DNA from: Candidatus Dojkabacteria bacterium | GTDB taxonomy: Bacteria > Patescibacteriota > Dojkabacteria > SC72 > JAFGCJ01 | Length of the DNA: 64,000 nt | NCBI GenBank assembly: GCA_016929645.1 | Contig: JAFGIK010000003.1 | Coordinates: forward strand, 6,913 to 70,912 | Reading direction: 5' to 3' | Part shown: piece by piece, positions 27,896 to 36,864 of the stretch | Layout of the letters: each line of letters starts with the position of its first letter | How positions within the stretch are numbered: the first letter of the stretch is position 1 | Notes under the pieces: model-generated | What the model was told of the DNA's origin: nothing | The model's input: only the letters and a program-made list of their open reading frames with translations | Databases searched by the model: none | Made by a program: the position numbers and the translations under genes

Positions 27896-28825
27896 ATGAA
27901 AATCAATAAAGCAATAATTACTGCTGCTGGTAGGGGTACTCGATTTCTTCCTGTTGTTAAATCTTATGCTAAGGAAATGGTTCCTGTTATGGAAAAGCCT
28001 CAACTTCAGTATCTTTTTGAGGAGTTGATCGAGGCCGATATTCACGAAATTGCCGTTGTGGTAAGAGAAGGTTCAACCTCACTTCAGGATTACCTTAATG
28101 ATGATGATGACTTATGGGCGTTTCTTAAAGATTCTGGAAAAGAGGAGTTTATGGATAGTTGGAAATTTGTAAAAGAAAACTCTGAAATAAGAATTTTTGA
28201 ACAGAAAAAAACTGACCCCTATGGTAATGGTGTTCCTTTTATAATTGCAAGAGAATTTACTAACAATGAACCTGTTGCTGCTATGTTTGGCGATGGGATG
28301 ATGATTCAATTTGATGAATCTAAACCATCTGTGATATCTCAGATGATTGATTATTATCAAAAATACCTGCCAGTTTCAGTTATGTCTGTGGTCGAAGTCC
28401 CTGCTTCTGAGGTTTCTCGATATGGGATATTTGGTTATTATGGGGAGAACGAAGCAAAGTGCCCATATCATGCAAATCAGTTGATCGAAAAGCCAGAAAT
28501 AGATAAATCTCCATCGAACATGGCAAATGCTGATCATTTTGTATTGAGTCCTGAAGTATTTGAAGAACTTGAAAATAAAATTGAAGGGAAAGGTGGAGAG
28601 ATTTGGCTTACTGATGCAATTTCTCGTCTTATAGGTAAAGGTAAAGTTGTAATTGCTGCACCCTGGGAGGGAAGTACCTGGGTAACAACTGGGGATCCTC
28701 TTAGATGGCTAAAAGCAAATGTTGTTGTTGCTCTTAATAATTCTATATATAAAGATGATATAAAGACTTTTCTTGCGGAGATTTCTGATAGCATTAATTC
28801 CGAAAATATGCCAAAGAATATATGA
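27896..28825 (+). CDS. galU: UTP--glucose-1-phosphate uridylyltransferase-like sugar nucleotidyltransferase
   Basis: 'KAIITAAGRGTRFLPVVKSYAKEMVPVMEKPQLQYLFEE' closely parallels the GalU N-terminus '[33 protein letters not shown]'. About 310 aa. Confidence 0.75.
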   Translation: MKINKAIITAAGRGTRFLPVVKSYAKEMVPVMEKPQLQYLFEELIEADIHEIAVVVREGSTSLQDYLNDDDDLWAFLKDSGKEEFMDSWKFVKENSEIRIFEQKKTDPYGNGVPFIIAREFTNNEPVAAMFGDGMMIQFDESKPSVISQMIDYYQKYLPVSVMSVVEVPASEVSRYGIFGYYGENEAKCPYHANQLIEKPEIDKSPSNMANADHFVLSPEVFEELENKIEGKGGEIWLTDAISRLIGKGKVVIAAPWEGSTWVTTGDPLRWLKANVVVALNNSIYKDDIKTFLAEISDSINSENMPKNI

Positions 28826-28847
28826 CTTCATTTTAATTCAATTTAAT

Positions 28848-28876
28848 TTGACGAAATAGGGGTTTCGCTTTACTAT
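28848..28876 (+). promoter_or_regulatory. sigma70-like promoter upstream of the pilus operon (TTGACG-17-TACTAT)
   Basis: -35 'ttgacg' 28848-28853, 17-nt spacer, -10 'tactat' 28871-28876, about 30 nt upstream of the REC gene ATG. Confidence 0.35.
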
Positions 28877-28906
28877 GGATATATATATTTTTGACTATTT
28901 TGAATT

Positions 28907-29290
28907 ATGCCTGGTGATAAGAAAAAAATCTTAATTGCAGAGGATGACAAATCGATTGCGATGGCATTGGAATTGAAGCTAAAGAACGTAGGATTTGATG
29001 TCACAGTTGCTAACGATGGCGCAGAGGCTGTCGAATATCTTTCCAAGACGACTTACGATCTTGCTCTATTAGATCTCATTATGCCAAGGAAAGATGGATT
29101 TACTGTTTTAGAAGAGGTTGATCCTAAAAAATTACAAACCCCAATAATTGTTCTTACAAATCTTAGCTCTCTTGAAGATGAAGAAAAGGCATTGAAATTA
29201 GGTGCGAAAGATTATTTTGTTAAGTCAAATATGAGTCTTTCTGAAATCGTAGATTATATCAATAGATTCTTCACGCATGAAAATAAATGA
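28907..29290 (+). CDS. stand-alone receiver (REC/CheY-like) response regulator
   Basis: 'KKILIAEDDKSIAMALELKLKNVGFDV', phospho-acceptor context 'DLALLDLIMPRKDGF', 'KLGAKDYFVK'. No output domain; 127 aa. Confidence 0.85.
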   Translation: MPGDKKKILIAEDDKSIAMALELKLKNVGFDVTVANDGAEAVEYLSKTTYDLALLDLIMPRKDGFTVLEEVDPKKLQTPIIVLTNLSSLEDEEKALKLGAKDYFVKSNMSLSEIVDYINRFFTHENK

Positions 29291-30989
29291 TAAGCAGATA
29301 ATTCAGATCCTTCTTGATGGCAATTATATACCCAAAGATGTAGTACCTGATGCAGAGAAATATGCAAAACATGAAGGTGCATCAATTATTGATTATCTTC
29401 TGACTCAGGGTATTTTAAATAAAGATTTGTTAGGCCAGGCAATTGCAGAATTTTATGGAATTCCTTACGCTGATATAAACTCGAATACTCCTACAAGAGA
29501 AACGGTCCTAAAGATTCCGGAAGAAATTGCCAAAAAATATAATGTAGTATTGTTTTCTGTTGATAAGGAAAAGGTTGTTTTTGCTACAGATTCTCCTGCT
29601 AAACCAGGGATTCTTGAGGAATTACAAAGCTATTTTGTAGATAAAGATGACGAAATAGCTCAGAAAGAATTTGCGCTCGCTTACTGTCTTGAGGAGGATA
29701 TCAAGCCTCTTTTTGTTCATTACCGAAAACCATTACAAACTCGATTTTCTGAAATATCAGCTGATGCGAAGTTAACTGCAGCCTCAGATCTTATAGATGA
29801 TATTGTTGATGACGCTTTGGCATACAAATCATCTGATATCCATTTTGAACCACAGAAAAAAGATGTGATTATAAGATTTCGAATTGATGGTATTTTAAGT
29901 GAAGCAGGAAGAATCTCAAAAGCAATCTATGAAAATATATTGAATCGGATAAAAGTGTTGGCAAAGCTTCGTATAGATGAACATTCTGCTGCCCAGGATG
30001 GTGCTATTCGTTATGAGAGAGAGGGTAAATCTGTTGATTTACGTGTATCCGTTGTCCCAATTTATGATGGTGAAAAAATCGCAATTCGTATTTTGTCGAC
30101 TTACATTCAAGGTTTTGGATTGAATGATATTGGTCTTGGACCTGTTCATCAAGATATTTTAACAAAGGCATCAATGAAACCTTTTGGTATGATTCTTGTA
30201 ACAGGACCAACAGGATCTGGAAAAACAACAACATTGTATTCAATACTGAAATCATTAAATTCTCCGGAACGGAATATCACAACAATTGAGGACCCAGTTG
30301 AATATAAAATCGCAGGTGTTAATCAGATACAGGTTAATTCTTTGACTAATCTTACTTTTGCAAAAGGCCTGAGGTCTATTGTCCGTCAGGATCCTGATGT
30401 TATCCTTGTTGGAGAGATTCGAGATGAAGAGACTGCCGAGATTAGTGTGAATGCTGCACTTACTGGGCATCTGCTGCTATCTACTTTTCATGCTAATGAT
30501 GCAGCAACGGCAATTCCTAGGTTAATTGATATGAATATTGAACCGTTCTTATTGTCTTCAACCTTGGAAGTAATAATTGCTCAAAGATTAGTTCGAACAA
30601 TTTGCGAAAAGTGTAGATACAGCTATGAAGTTAATATTGATGATCTTAAGCGAGATTATCCTCAAGCTGCATTTTATTTTAGCGGTAAGAAAACTAATCT
30701 CTATAAAGGTAAAGGTTGTGATAAATGTAATCATACTGGCTATAGCGGCAGAACGGCACTCTTTGAATTTATTGTTGGAAGCAGGACGCTCAGAGATTTA
30801 ATTTTATTGAACCCTTCAGCTCAACAAGTTTGGGATGCTGCGAAAAAGCAAGGTTCCATATCAATGTTTGAAGATGGAATGACTAAGGTAAAAAATGGAT
30901 TAACAACAATTGAAGAAGTTCTTCGTGTTGCAAATCCAGAAGAAATGTCACTATATGCCCCGAAAAAATCAAGAATCAAAAACAAGTAA
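29277..30989 (+). CDS. pilB: type IV pilus assembly ATPase PilB (GspE family)
   Basis: N-terminal T2SSE_N-like domain, Walker A 'VTGPTGSGKTTTLYSIL', 'ITTIEDPVEY', Asp/His boxes, tetracysteine 'CEKC...CDKC'. Overlaps the REC gene by 14 nt. Confidence 0.95.
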   Translation: MKINDKQIIQILLDGNYIPKDVVPDAEKYAKHEGASIIDYLLTQGILNKDLLGQAIAEFYGIPYADINSNTPTRETVLKIPEEIAKKYNVVLFSVDKEKVVFATDSPAKPGILEELQSYFVDKDDEIAQKEFALAYCLEEDIKPLFVHYRKPLQTRFSEISADAKLTAASDLIDDIVDDALAYKSSDIHFEPQKKDVIIRFRIDGILSEAGRISKAIYENILNRIKVLAKLRIDEHSAAQDGAIRYEREGKSVDLRVSVVPIYDGEKIAIRILSTYIQGFGLNDIGLGPVHQDILTKASMKPFGMILVTGPTGSGKTTTLYSILKSLNSPERNITTIEDPVEYKIAGVNQIQVNSLTNLTFAKGLRSIVRQDPDVILVGEIRDEETAEISVNAALTGHLLLSTFHANDAATAIPRLIDMNIEPFLLSSTLEVIIAQRLVRTICEKCRYSYEVNIDDLKRDYPQAAFYFSGKKTNLYKGKGCDKCNHTGYSGRTALFEFIVGSRTLRDLILLNPSAQQVWDAAKKQGSISMFEDGMTKVKNGLTTIEEVLRVANPEEMSLYAPKKSRIKNK

Positions 30990-32481
30990 TCTGCAAAGTA
31001 AGTCAAAAAACAAAGCAGATTTAAATAAAACTAAATCTAAAACAGCCTCAAAAGGTTTGTATTCCTATCATTTGTCAGATATTTTGTATATTTTCTCTAA
31101 GGGCAAGGAACGTGATTTCTTTGTAGAACAACTATCAATTCTTCTTTTGTCAGGAATGGATTTACTTGCTTCTTTGATGTCGATACGTGATGAGATGAAA
31201 TCAACGTATATGAAGAATGCGTTGTCGATTGTTGTTGAGGGAGTAGAGAATGGAGCCAGCCTGTGGCAATCGCTTGAGCGTGCCAATATACTTAATCCTC
31301 ATTTTATATCACTTGTTAAGATTGGTGAGAAATCTGGCAAATTGATTGATAATTTGAAAGTTATATCGCTTCAATATCAGAAGGATAAAATGTTTCAATC
31401 AAAGGTTTTGTCAGCGGTTATTTACCCGGCAATTGTTTTGGGTTTAACATTTGTTGTTGCTACTGTTTCTGTTGTCTTTATTCTTCCAAGAATTTCTTTA
31501 ACTTTTGGAAGAATGAATCTTGATTTGAATATTCTTACAAAGACCTTAATGGCAGTTGGGGATTTTGTCTCTGCTCATGGAATTATCGCTATTCCATCCT
31601 TTCTAATATTAACTGTGCTTATGATATATTTTATTTTCTTTTTTTCAAAGACGAAATTTATTGGTCAGTGGATTTTGATGATTTTACCAGGTATAAAAAG
31701 AATGATATTGGAAGTTGAGCTATCAAGGTTTGGTTATGTTGTAGGAACTTTGCTCGATTCTGGAGTTCCTATTGTTGATGTTCTTTCGTTTTTATCATCT
31801 GTTTCAAGCTATGAGGCATACAAGAAATTCTATCGATATCTCAAGGAAAGAGTAGAAAATGGTAATTCATTTAAAAAAGCTTTTTCATCGTATAAACATG
31901 TGGATAGATTATTGCCTTTATCTTTCCAGAACTTAATTATAACTGCAGAGCAAGGAGGAAATCTTTCATTGTCGCTAAAAAAAGTTGGCGAGATATATGA
32001 AGAAAAGCTTGACGTTACAACGAAAAACATGTCTGTAATATTGGAACCTATATTGCTGATTATTGTATGGTTAGGTGTTGTACTTGTCGCACTGGCTGTC
32101 ATTATGCCTATTTATACAATGATAGGAAATGTAGACACGCTTTCTGGTAGTAATACAAATTCCAGCACTGTGGAGACAAGAAATGAAGAAGAAACGCCTA
32201 TCCTGCAGGATGCTCCTGATTCTGAACAAACGACGAATGATGGATCTACCCAAGCTGATTCAGAATCAACAGAACAATTAACTGATACGAAACGCCTTAC
32301 AATACTTGAAACATCTACTGGTTACTTGAATGTTCGAAGTAGTCCTATGGGTGAGGTAATTGGTGAAGTCTATCCTGGTGAAATTTATGAGTATACAGAA
32401 GAACAATCTGGTTGGTACAAGATTGTTGTTTCAGATGAGCTTTCAGGGTGGGTCTCTTCTGAGTATGTTAGTTTATTATAG
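30955..32481 (+). CDS. pilC: type IV pilus platform protein PilC (GspF family) with C-terminal SH3b-like domain
   Basis: Two GspF repeats ('FVEQLSILLLSGMDLLASL', 'YVVGTLLDSGVPIVDVL') and 3 TMs. C-terminal S/T-rich linker then 'YLNVRSSPMGEVIGEVYPGEIYEYTEEQSGWYKIVVSDELSGWVSSEYV' (SH3b-like). Start uncertain: first in-frame ATG 30955 overlaps pilB by 35 nt; a non-ATG start after 30989 is possible. Confidence 0.85.
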   Translation: MPRKNQESKTSNLQSKSKNKADLNKTKSKTASKGLYSYHLSDILYIFSKGKERDFFVEQLSILLLSGMDLLASLMSIRDEMKSTYMKNALSIVVEGVENGASLWQSLERANILNPHFISLVKIGEKSGKLIDNLKVISLQYQKDKMFQSKVLSAVIYPAIVLGLTFVVATVSVVFILPRISLTFGRMNLDLNILTKTLMAVGDFVSAHGIIAIPSFLILTVLMIYFIFFFSKTKFIGQWILMILPGIKRMILEVELSRFGYVVGTLLDSGVPIVDVLSFLSSVSSYEAYKKFYRYLKERVENGNSFKKAFSSYKHVDRLLPLSFQNLIITAEQGGNLSLSLKKVGEIYEEKLDVTTKNMSVILEPILLIIVWLGVVLVALAVIMPIYTMIGNVDTLSGSNTNSSTVETRNEEETPILQDAPDSEQTTNDGSTQADSESTEQLTDTKRLTILETSTGYLNVRSSPMGEVIGEVYPGEIYEYTEEQSGWYKIVVSDELSGWVSSEYVSLL

Positions 32482-32492
32482 TCAGAATATCT

Positions 32493-32942
32493 ATGCTTAA
32501 AAGATTTTCCCGAAAAAACGGTTTTACTTTGATAGAGATATTACTTGTAATCTCTCTAATGGGAATTATTTTCATTATTATTACTGGTGTTGATAGATCT
32601 GCAATTATTAGGAACGATCTAATTGTAGCTTCGGATATGGTTGCATCGTCAATTCGTAGAGCGCAGTCTTTGTCTCAAGCTATGCAGCAAGATAGTCAGT
32701 GGGGAGTGAGGATAGTAAATAATCAAATTATTGTTTTTAAAGGTGACTCATATGATACACGGGATTCTATTTATGATGATGTGTATGAGGTTCCAAGTTC
32801 AATATCAATTTCTGGTTTAGATGAGATCATTTTTGCAAAATTGACTGGGGATCCTGATATTACGGGTAGTATTGTTCTAAATACTTCAATTAATCAATCA
32901 AATACCATATCAATAAATGAAAAAGGAATTGTCGATTATTAA
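32493..32942 (+). CDS. type IV pilin/pseudopilin (class III signal peptide)
   Basis: Prepilin motif 'RKNG|FTLIEILLVISLMGIIF' (G-1, E+5) followed by a small beta-rich head. Confidence 0.8.
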   Translation: MLKRFSRKNGFTLIEILLVISLMGIIFIIITGVDRSAIIRNDLIVASDMVASSIRRAQSLSQAMQQDSQWGVRIVNNQIIVFKGDSYDTRDSIYDDVYEVPSSISISGLDEIIFAKLTGDPDITGSIVLNTSINQSNTISINEKGIVDY

Positions 32943-35838
32943 AAAAAAATGTAAAAGTGGAGATGATGAAATACAAGTAAGAAACAATTCTGGATTTTCT
33001 ATTGTAGAAGTTATTGTTGGAATCTCTGTCTTTGCTATGATCTCGCTATCTCTTATAAGTGCGTTTATATTTGGGCAAGATTCTATTATCTATTCAGGGA
33101 AGAGAGCACGGGCTACATTTTTAGCACAGGAGGGGATCAACGCAGTAAAATCGATAAGCGGAAAATACTGGAATGTATTAGATTTTGATCAAACTGGTCT
33201 TGAAGCAAACTCAAATCAATGGACATTTCTTGGAGAAGGTACAACTGAAACAATTGGGGATTATCAACGAATAGTCTCTTTTCAAGAAGTTTGTCGTGAC
33301 ACCACGGATTTAATCGTTGATTGTCCGGGTGATTATGTAGATTTACATATGAAGAAAGTTACTGTCTCGATAACATGGCAAGAGCGTGGTATTGAGCAAC
33401 TTGTAGAACGTTCAGCATTAATCAGTACCTGGGATAGTTCAGAATGGAAAGAAGATACAGTGGATGATTTTAGCGATGGTATTTTTAGTGATACTGTTGT
33501 GTCGTCGTATACGGGGGACGGTAATGGTGCTGTATCGCTTGCGTCTACGGGTTTCCTTCCTGGTTGGGAGTGCATTATTCCGACTTATACCTCATATGAT
33601 CTTCCAACCAATAATGATTCTTTTGCGCTAGAAATATTAAGTGGCATTGCATATATTGGACAGGAAGGACTTTTTAGAACTGTTGATGTCTCAAATATTT
33701 CTGCTCCTGTAATTCTAGATACCATAGATGTTGGTGACAGGATAAATAATATCGTTGTTTCTAACGGTTATGCGTATCTTGCTTCAGATGCAAATTCCTC
33801 TGAACTAATTGTTGTAAATGTTAACAATCCTTCAAATCTCAGTATTGCTAGTATGTATGATGCTGACTCTCAGGTTGATGGTCTGGATGTTATTGTGTCT
33901 GGGAATCGTGCTTATCTTGGAACAAGTATCAATACTTCTGGAGGTGTAAGTCCGGAATTCTATATTCTTGATATTACGAATCCAAACTCTGTCACTCTTG
34001 CCAATCCAAATTCTTACTTTGATATGAATGGTTCATGGTCTGCGATTGCTCTTGTCGGTGATTATGTTCTTGTAGGGAGTGATATAAGTAGTTCTGAGCT
34101 TATGGTCCTTGATATATCAGATGAGTCAAATATTATTTTGGCTGGTACATTAGACTTACCTGGAAATCAAAATGTTACCGATCTTTCTGTAAAAGGAAAT
34201 ATTGCGTATGCTTCGCTCTTATCTGGTAACTTACTTTCGATTAATGTAAGTGATTTAAATAATATTTCTGTAATTCAAACACTTTCTTTATCAGGAGCAT
34301 CATTAAATAATGTTTATGTAACAGGGGAACTTGCATTTATTGGTTCAAATGATGGAACTAGCCAATTGTTCATAATTGATGTTAGTAATCCATATGGAAT
34401 GTCTATCAGAAATACGTTTAGTGCGGGAAGTGTTGTGCATTATGCGCATTTTTTTGGTAGCAATGTCTTTCTTGCTACGGGTAATAATGCAGGAGAGTTA
34501 ATGATTCTTTCAGCAACTACGAGTAGTTCATGGACTTGTGTGAATACTGTTGGCACAATTGATATCTCTGGAAATCTTGATGCTCAAAAAGTTTATGTTC
34601 GAAATTTTGGAGGAGTTGATGTTGCTTATATTGCCGCAAGTGATAATCAGATGTATCTATATAATGTTACTAATCCTGCAAGTCCTGTTCTTTTGGACAC
34701 TTTTAATCCAGGTGCAACAATATATGATTTTGTCATTTCTGAAAATTATATGTATCTGGCTACAGCTTCTAATACGAAAGAGTTGATTGTTGTTGATGTC
34801 TCTGACTCTTCGAATATTAGTGAAGTAGGATCATATGATTCCGCTGGGAATACTGATGGGTCTGCAGTCTGGATTAATGGAATAAACTTGTTTTTAGGAA
34901 CTAAAAGTAGCTCTAGTACCGAATTATATGTTTTGAATATTTCTGATCCAGCAAGTGTTCTCTTGGTGTCAGGATTTGAAGTTGGCTCAGATATTAACAG
35001 TATTGATGGTGACGGTAATTATTTATATCTTGGTACAAGTAATAACTCAAAAGAACTTACAATTCTTAACGTTCAAAATCTTTTGAGCATATCAGAGGTT
35101 GGGTCCCTTGATATAGCTAGTAATAATGATACTGTTGATATTGATTTTGATTTCGGATATGTTTATTTGGTTAACGGTAATGGAAATGTTATGTCAATAA
35201 TCAATGTTAATAATCCTTCAGCACCAAACCTTTCAAGTACTTATTCTGCTGGAGGCAGTACATATGGAGTCTTTGTTGCTGGTGATGAAGTTCACTTGTC
35301 AACAGCTGTTGCTGCCAGACAGCATCAGATAATTGATGTTTCGAATAAATCAATACCTGTTTTACTTGGAGAATATTCTACAGAGGGGAATACGAGTTTT
35401 GGATCATATTTATATAATGGTACTGTTTATATTGCTAACGCTAATAATGCTCGTGAAATTTATATGATTCAGCAGAAAAATGTGAGTAGCTCTGGGGGCT
35501 CAGGATATGTATTATCTGGAAGCTATATTTCTTCTCCTTTTTATACTATTGATGGAGTTTCATATCAAATCCTCGAGTGGGATGAAGCCATACCTGTTTG
35601 TTCAACACCTTGTACGATTCAAGTACAGATTCGAGTGGCAGATGATGTGGCTGGTAGTCCTGGTACTTGGTCTTCGTGGTATGGTGTAACTGGAGTCGAT
35701 ACATATTTCGATTTAAGTTCTGGAAATCTATTATCTGTTGATCTAAATAATTATCCTTGGGTTCAATATCAAGTTTCTTTCTCTGGAGATGGGATTGAAA
35801 CACCAGTATTATCAGAGATGCGAATTAGCTATTATTAA
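32917..35838 (+). CDS. giant pilin-like protein: prepilin N-terminus fused to LVIVD-repeat beta-propeller(s)
   Basis: 'NNSG|FSIVEVIVGISVFAMISL' class III signal. At least 10 LVIVD-like repeats ('NSSELIVVNVNNPSNLS', 'KELIVVDVSDSSNISEVGS', 'SELMVLDISDESNIIL', 'SQLFIIDVSNPYGMS'). Confidence 0.7.
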   Translation: MKKELSIIKKKCKSGDDEIQVRNNSGFSIVEVIVGISVFAMISLSLISAFIFGQDSIIYSGKRARATFLAQEGINAVKSISGKYWNVLDFDQTGLEANSNQWTFLGEGTTETIGDYQRIVSFQEVCRDTTDLIVDCPGDYVDLHMKKVTVSITWQERGIEQLVERSALISTWDSSEWKEDTVDDFSDGIFSDTVVSSYTGDGNGAVSLASTGFLPGWECIIPTYTSYDLPTNNDSFALEILSGIAYIGQEGLFRTVDVSNISAPVILDTIDVGDRINNIVVSNGYAYLASDANSSELIVVNVNNPSNLSIASMYDADSQVDGLDVIVSGNRAYLGTSINTSGGVSPEFYILDITNPNSVTLANPNSYFDMNGSWSAIALVGDYVLVGSDISSSELMVLDISDESNIILAGTLDLPGNQNVTDLSVKGNIAYASLLSGNLLSINVSDLNNISVIQTLSLSGASLNNVYVTGELAFIGSNDGTSQLFIIDVSNPYGMSIRNTFSAGSVVHYAHFFGSNVFLATGNNAGELMILSATTSSSWTCVNTVGTIDISGNLDAQKVYVRNFGGVDVAYIAASDNQMYLYNVTNPASPVLLDTFNPGATIYDFVISENYMYLATASNTKELIVVDVSDSSNISEVGSYDSAGNTDGSAVWINGINLFLGTKSSSSTELYVLNISDPASVLLVSGFEVGSDINSIDGDGNYLYLGTSNNSKELTILNVQNLLSISEVGSLDIASNNDTVDIDFDFGYVYLVNGNGNVMSIINVNNPSAPNLSSTYSAGGSTYGVFVAGDEVHLSTAVAARQHQIIDVSNKSIPVLLGEYSTEGNTSFGSYLYNGTVYIANANNAREIYMIQQKNVSSSGGSGYVLSGSYISSPFYTIDGVSYQILEWDEAIPVCSTPCTIQVQIRVADDVAGSPGTWSSWYGVTGVDTYFDLSSGNLLSVDLNNYPWVQYQVSFSGDGIETPVLSEMRISYY

Positions 35839-35849
35839 AATTATAAAAT

Positions 35850-36401
35850 ATGAGCGTTAGTAAACCAAAGCAAAAGAAAATAAACAAACAACGAATCTCA
35901 AATAATTTTGGGTTTACTCTAATTGAGACACTTGTGTATATTGCTTTATCTGCAATGATAACTGTTACCATTGTCTTATTTCTTTTGATGATTTTGGGTG
36001 GTCGACAGAGAGCAACAGCAATATCAGAAGTAGACAGTCTGGGCAATCAAATGATGTATCAGCTTGAGTACTCGATCAAAAATTCTGATGGAATAAATTC
36101 TCCATTGCCTGGAGCTTCTGAAGATTCATTGTCGCTAATCTTTGATGATCCTGAACAAAATCCTACGTATTATTATATTGATAATTCGGCACTTGTCGTG
36201 AGTGAAGCTGCTTTGGATTCTGTTAGTCTTACGTCATCAAGAGTTGTTGTCTCTGATGTTTCTTTTACAAATCTTACTCTGAGTAATTCTCCAACAATTA
36301 TAAAAATTCAATTCACAATTACATATAAGAACCCTGATAATCGCAAAGAGCTTGACTATTCTCGAACTTTTTATAATTCTGTATTAGTTAATAATTACTG
36401 A
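35850..36401 (+). CDS. pseudopilin/minor pilin
   Basis: 'NNFG|FTLIETLVYIALSAMITVTIVL' prepilin signal with E+5. Confidence 0.75.
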   Translation: MSVSKPKQKKINKQRISNNFGFTLIETLVYIALSAMITVTIVLFLLMILGGRQRATAISEVDSLGNQMMYQLEYSIKNSDGINSPLPGASEDSLSLIFDDPEQNPTYYYIDNSALVVSEAALDSVSLTSSRVVVSDVSFTNLTLSNSPTIIKIQFTITYKNPDNRKELDYSRTFYNSVLVNNY

Positions 36402-36402
36402 A

Positions 36403-36843
36403 ATGAAAACCTGTCCGACAAATAATAATGAAATAAAGAAATCTTTAAAATTTCCAAACAAGGGGTTTGTTATTTTATCTGCTGTTTTAATAATTGGAAT
36501 TATTTCTTTGTCTGTCACTGTTTCATTACTCTTTTCTGGAATAAATGCTGCCTTATCTGGGCTTACAATAAGTCAATCGTCACGTGCTTCTATTATGGCT
36601 GATACTTGCGCTCAGGAAGCAATGGAAAGAATTCGCAGAGATAGTACATACATTGGAAATGAAACCATTTCGATGGGTGAGGATTCATGCGAAATTCTTC
36701 CTGTTCAAGATCTAGGTGCAGAATCAAGACTGGTTCAAATTCAAGGGAATTCCGGGGAAGTTAATAGAAAGGTTGAGATAAGGATAAGTCAAATAGAACC
36801 AGAAATAAGGGTTGATTACTGGTATGAAGTTGCGGATTTTTAA
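36403..36843 (+). CDS. minor pilin-like protein (PilX-like; non-canonical, S at +5)
   Basis: 'NKG|FVILSAVLIIGIISLSVTV' hydrophobic N-terminus after a Gly, located in the pilin cluster. Confidence 0.5.
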   Translation: MKTCPTNNNEIKKSLKFPNKGFVILSAVLIIGIISLSVTVSLLFSGINAALSGLTISQSSRASIMADTCAQEAMERIRRDSTYIGNETISMGEDSCEILPVQDLGAESRLVQIQGNSGEVNRKVEIRISQIEPEIRVDYWYEVADF

Positions 36844-36864
36844 TATTTAGATAAGATAATAAAA

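Noticed and set aside
30910-30954. ORF-track start of pilC at 30910 (MKKFFVLQIQ...)
   Set aside because: It lies 80 nt inside pilB in another frame. The first plausible in-frame ATG is 30955, and even that overlaps pilB by 35 nt, so the upstream extension is probably not translated.
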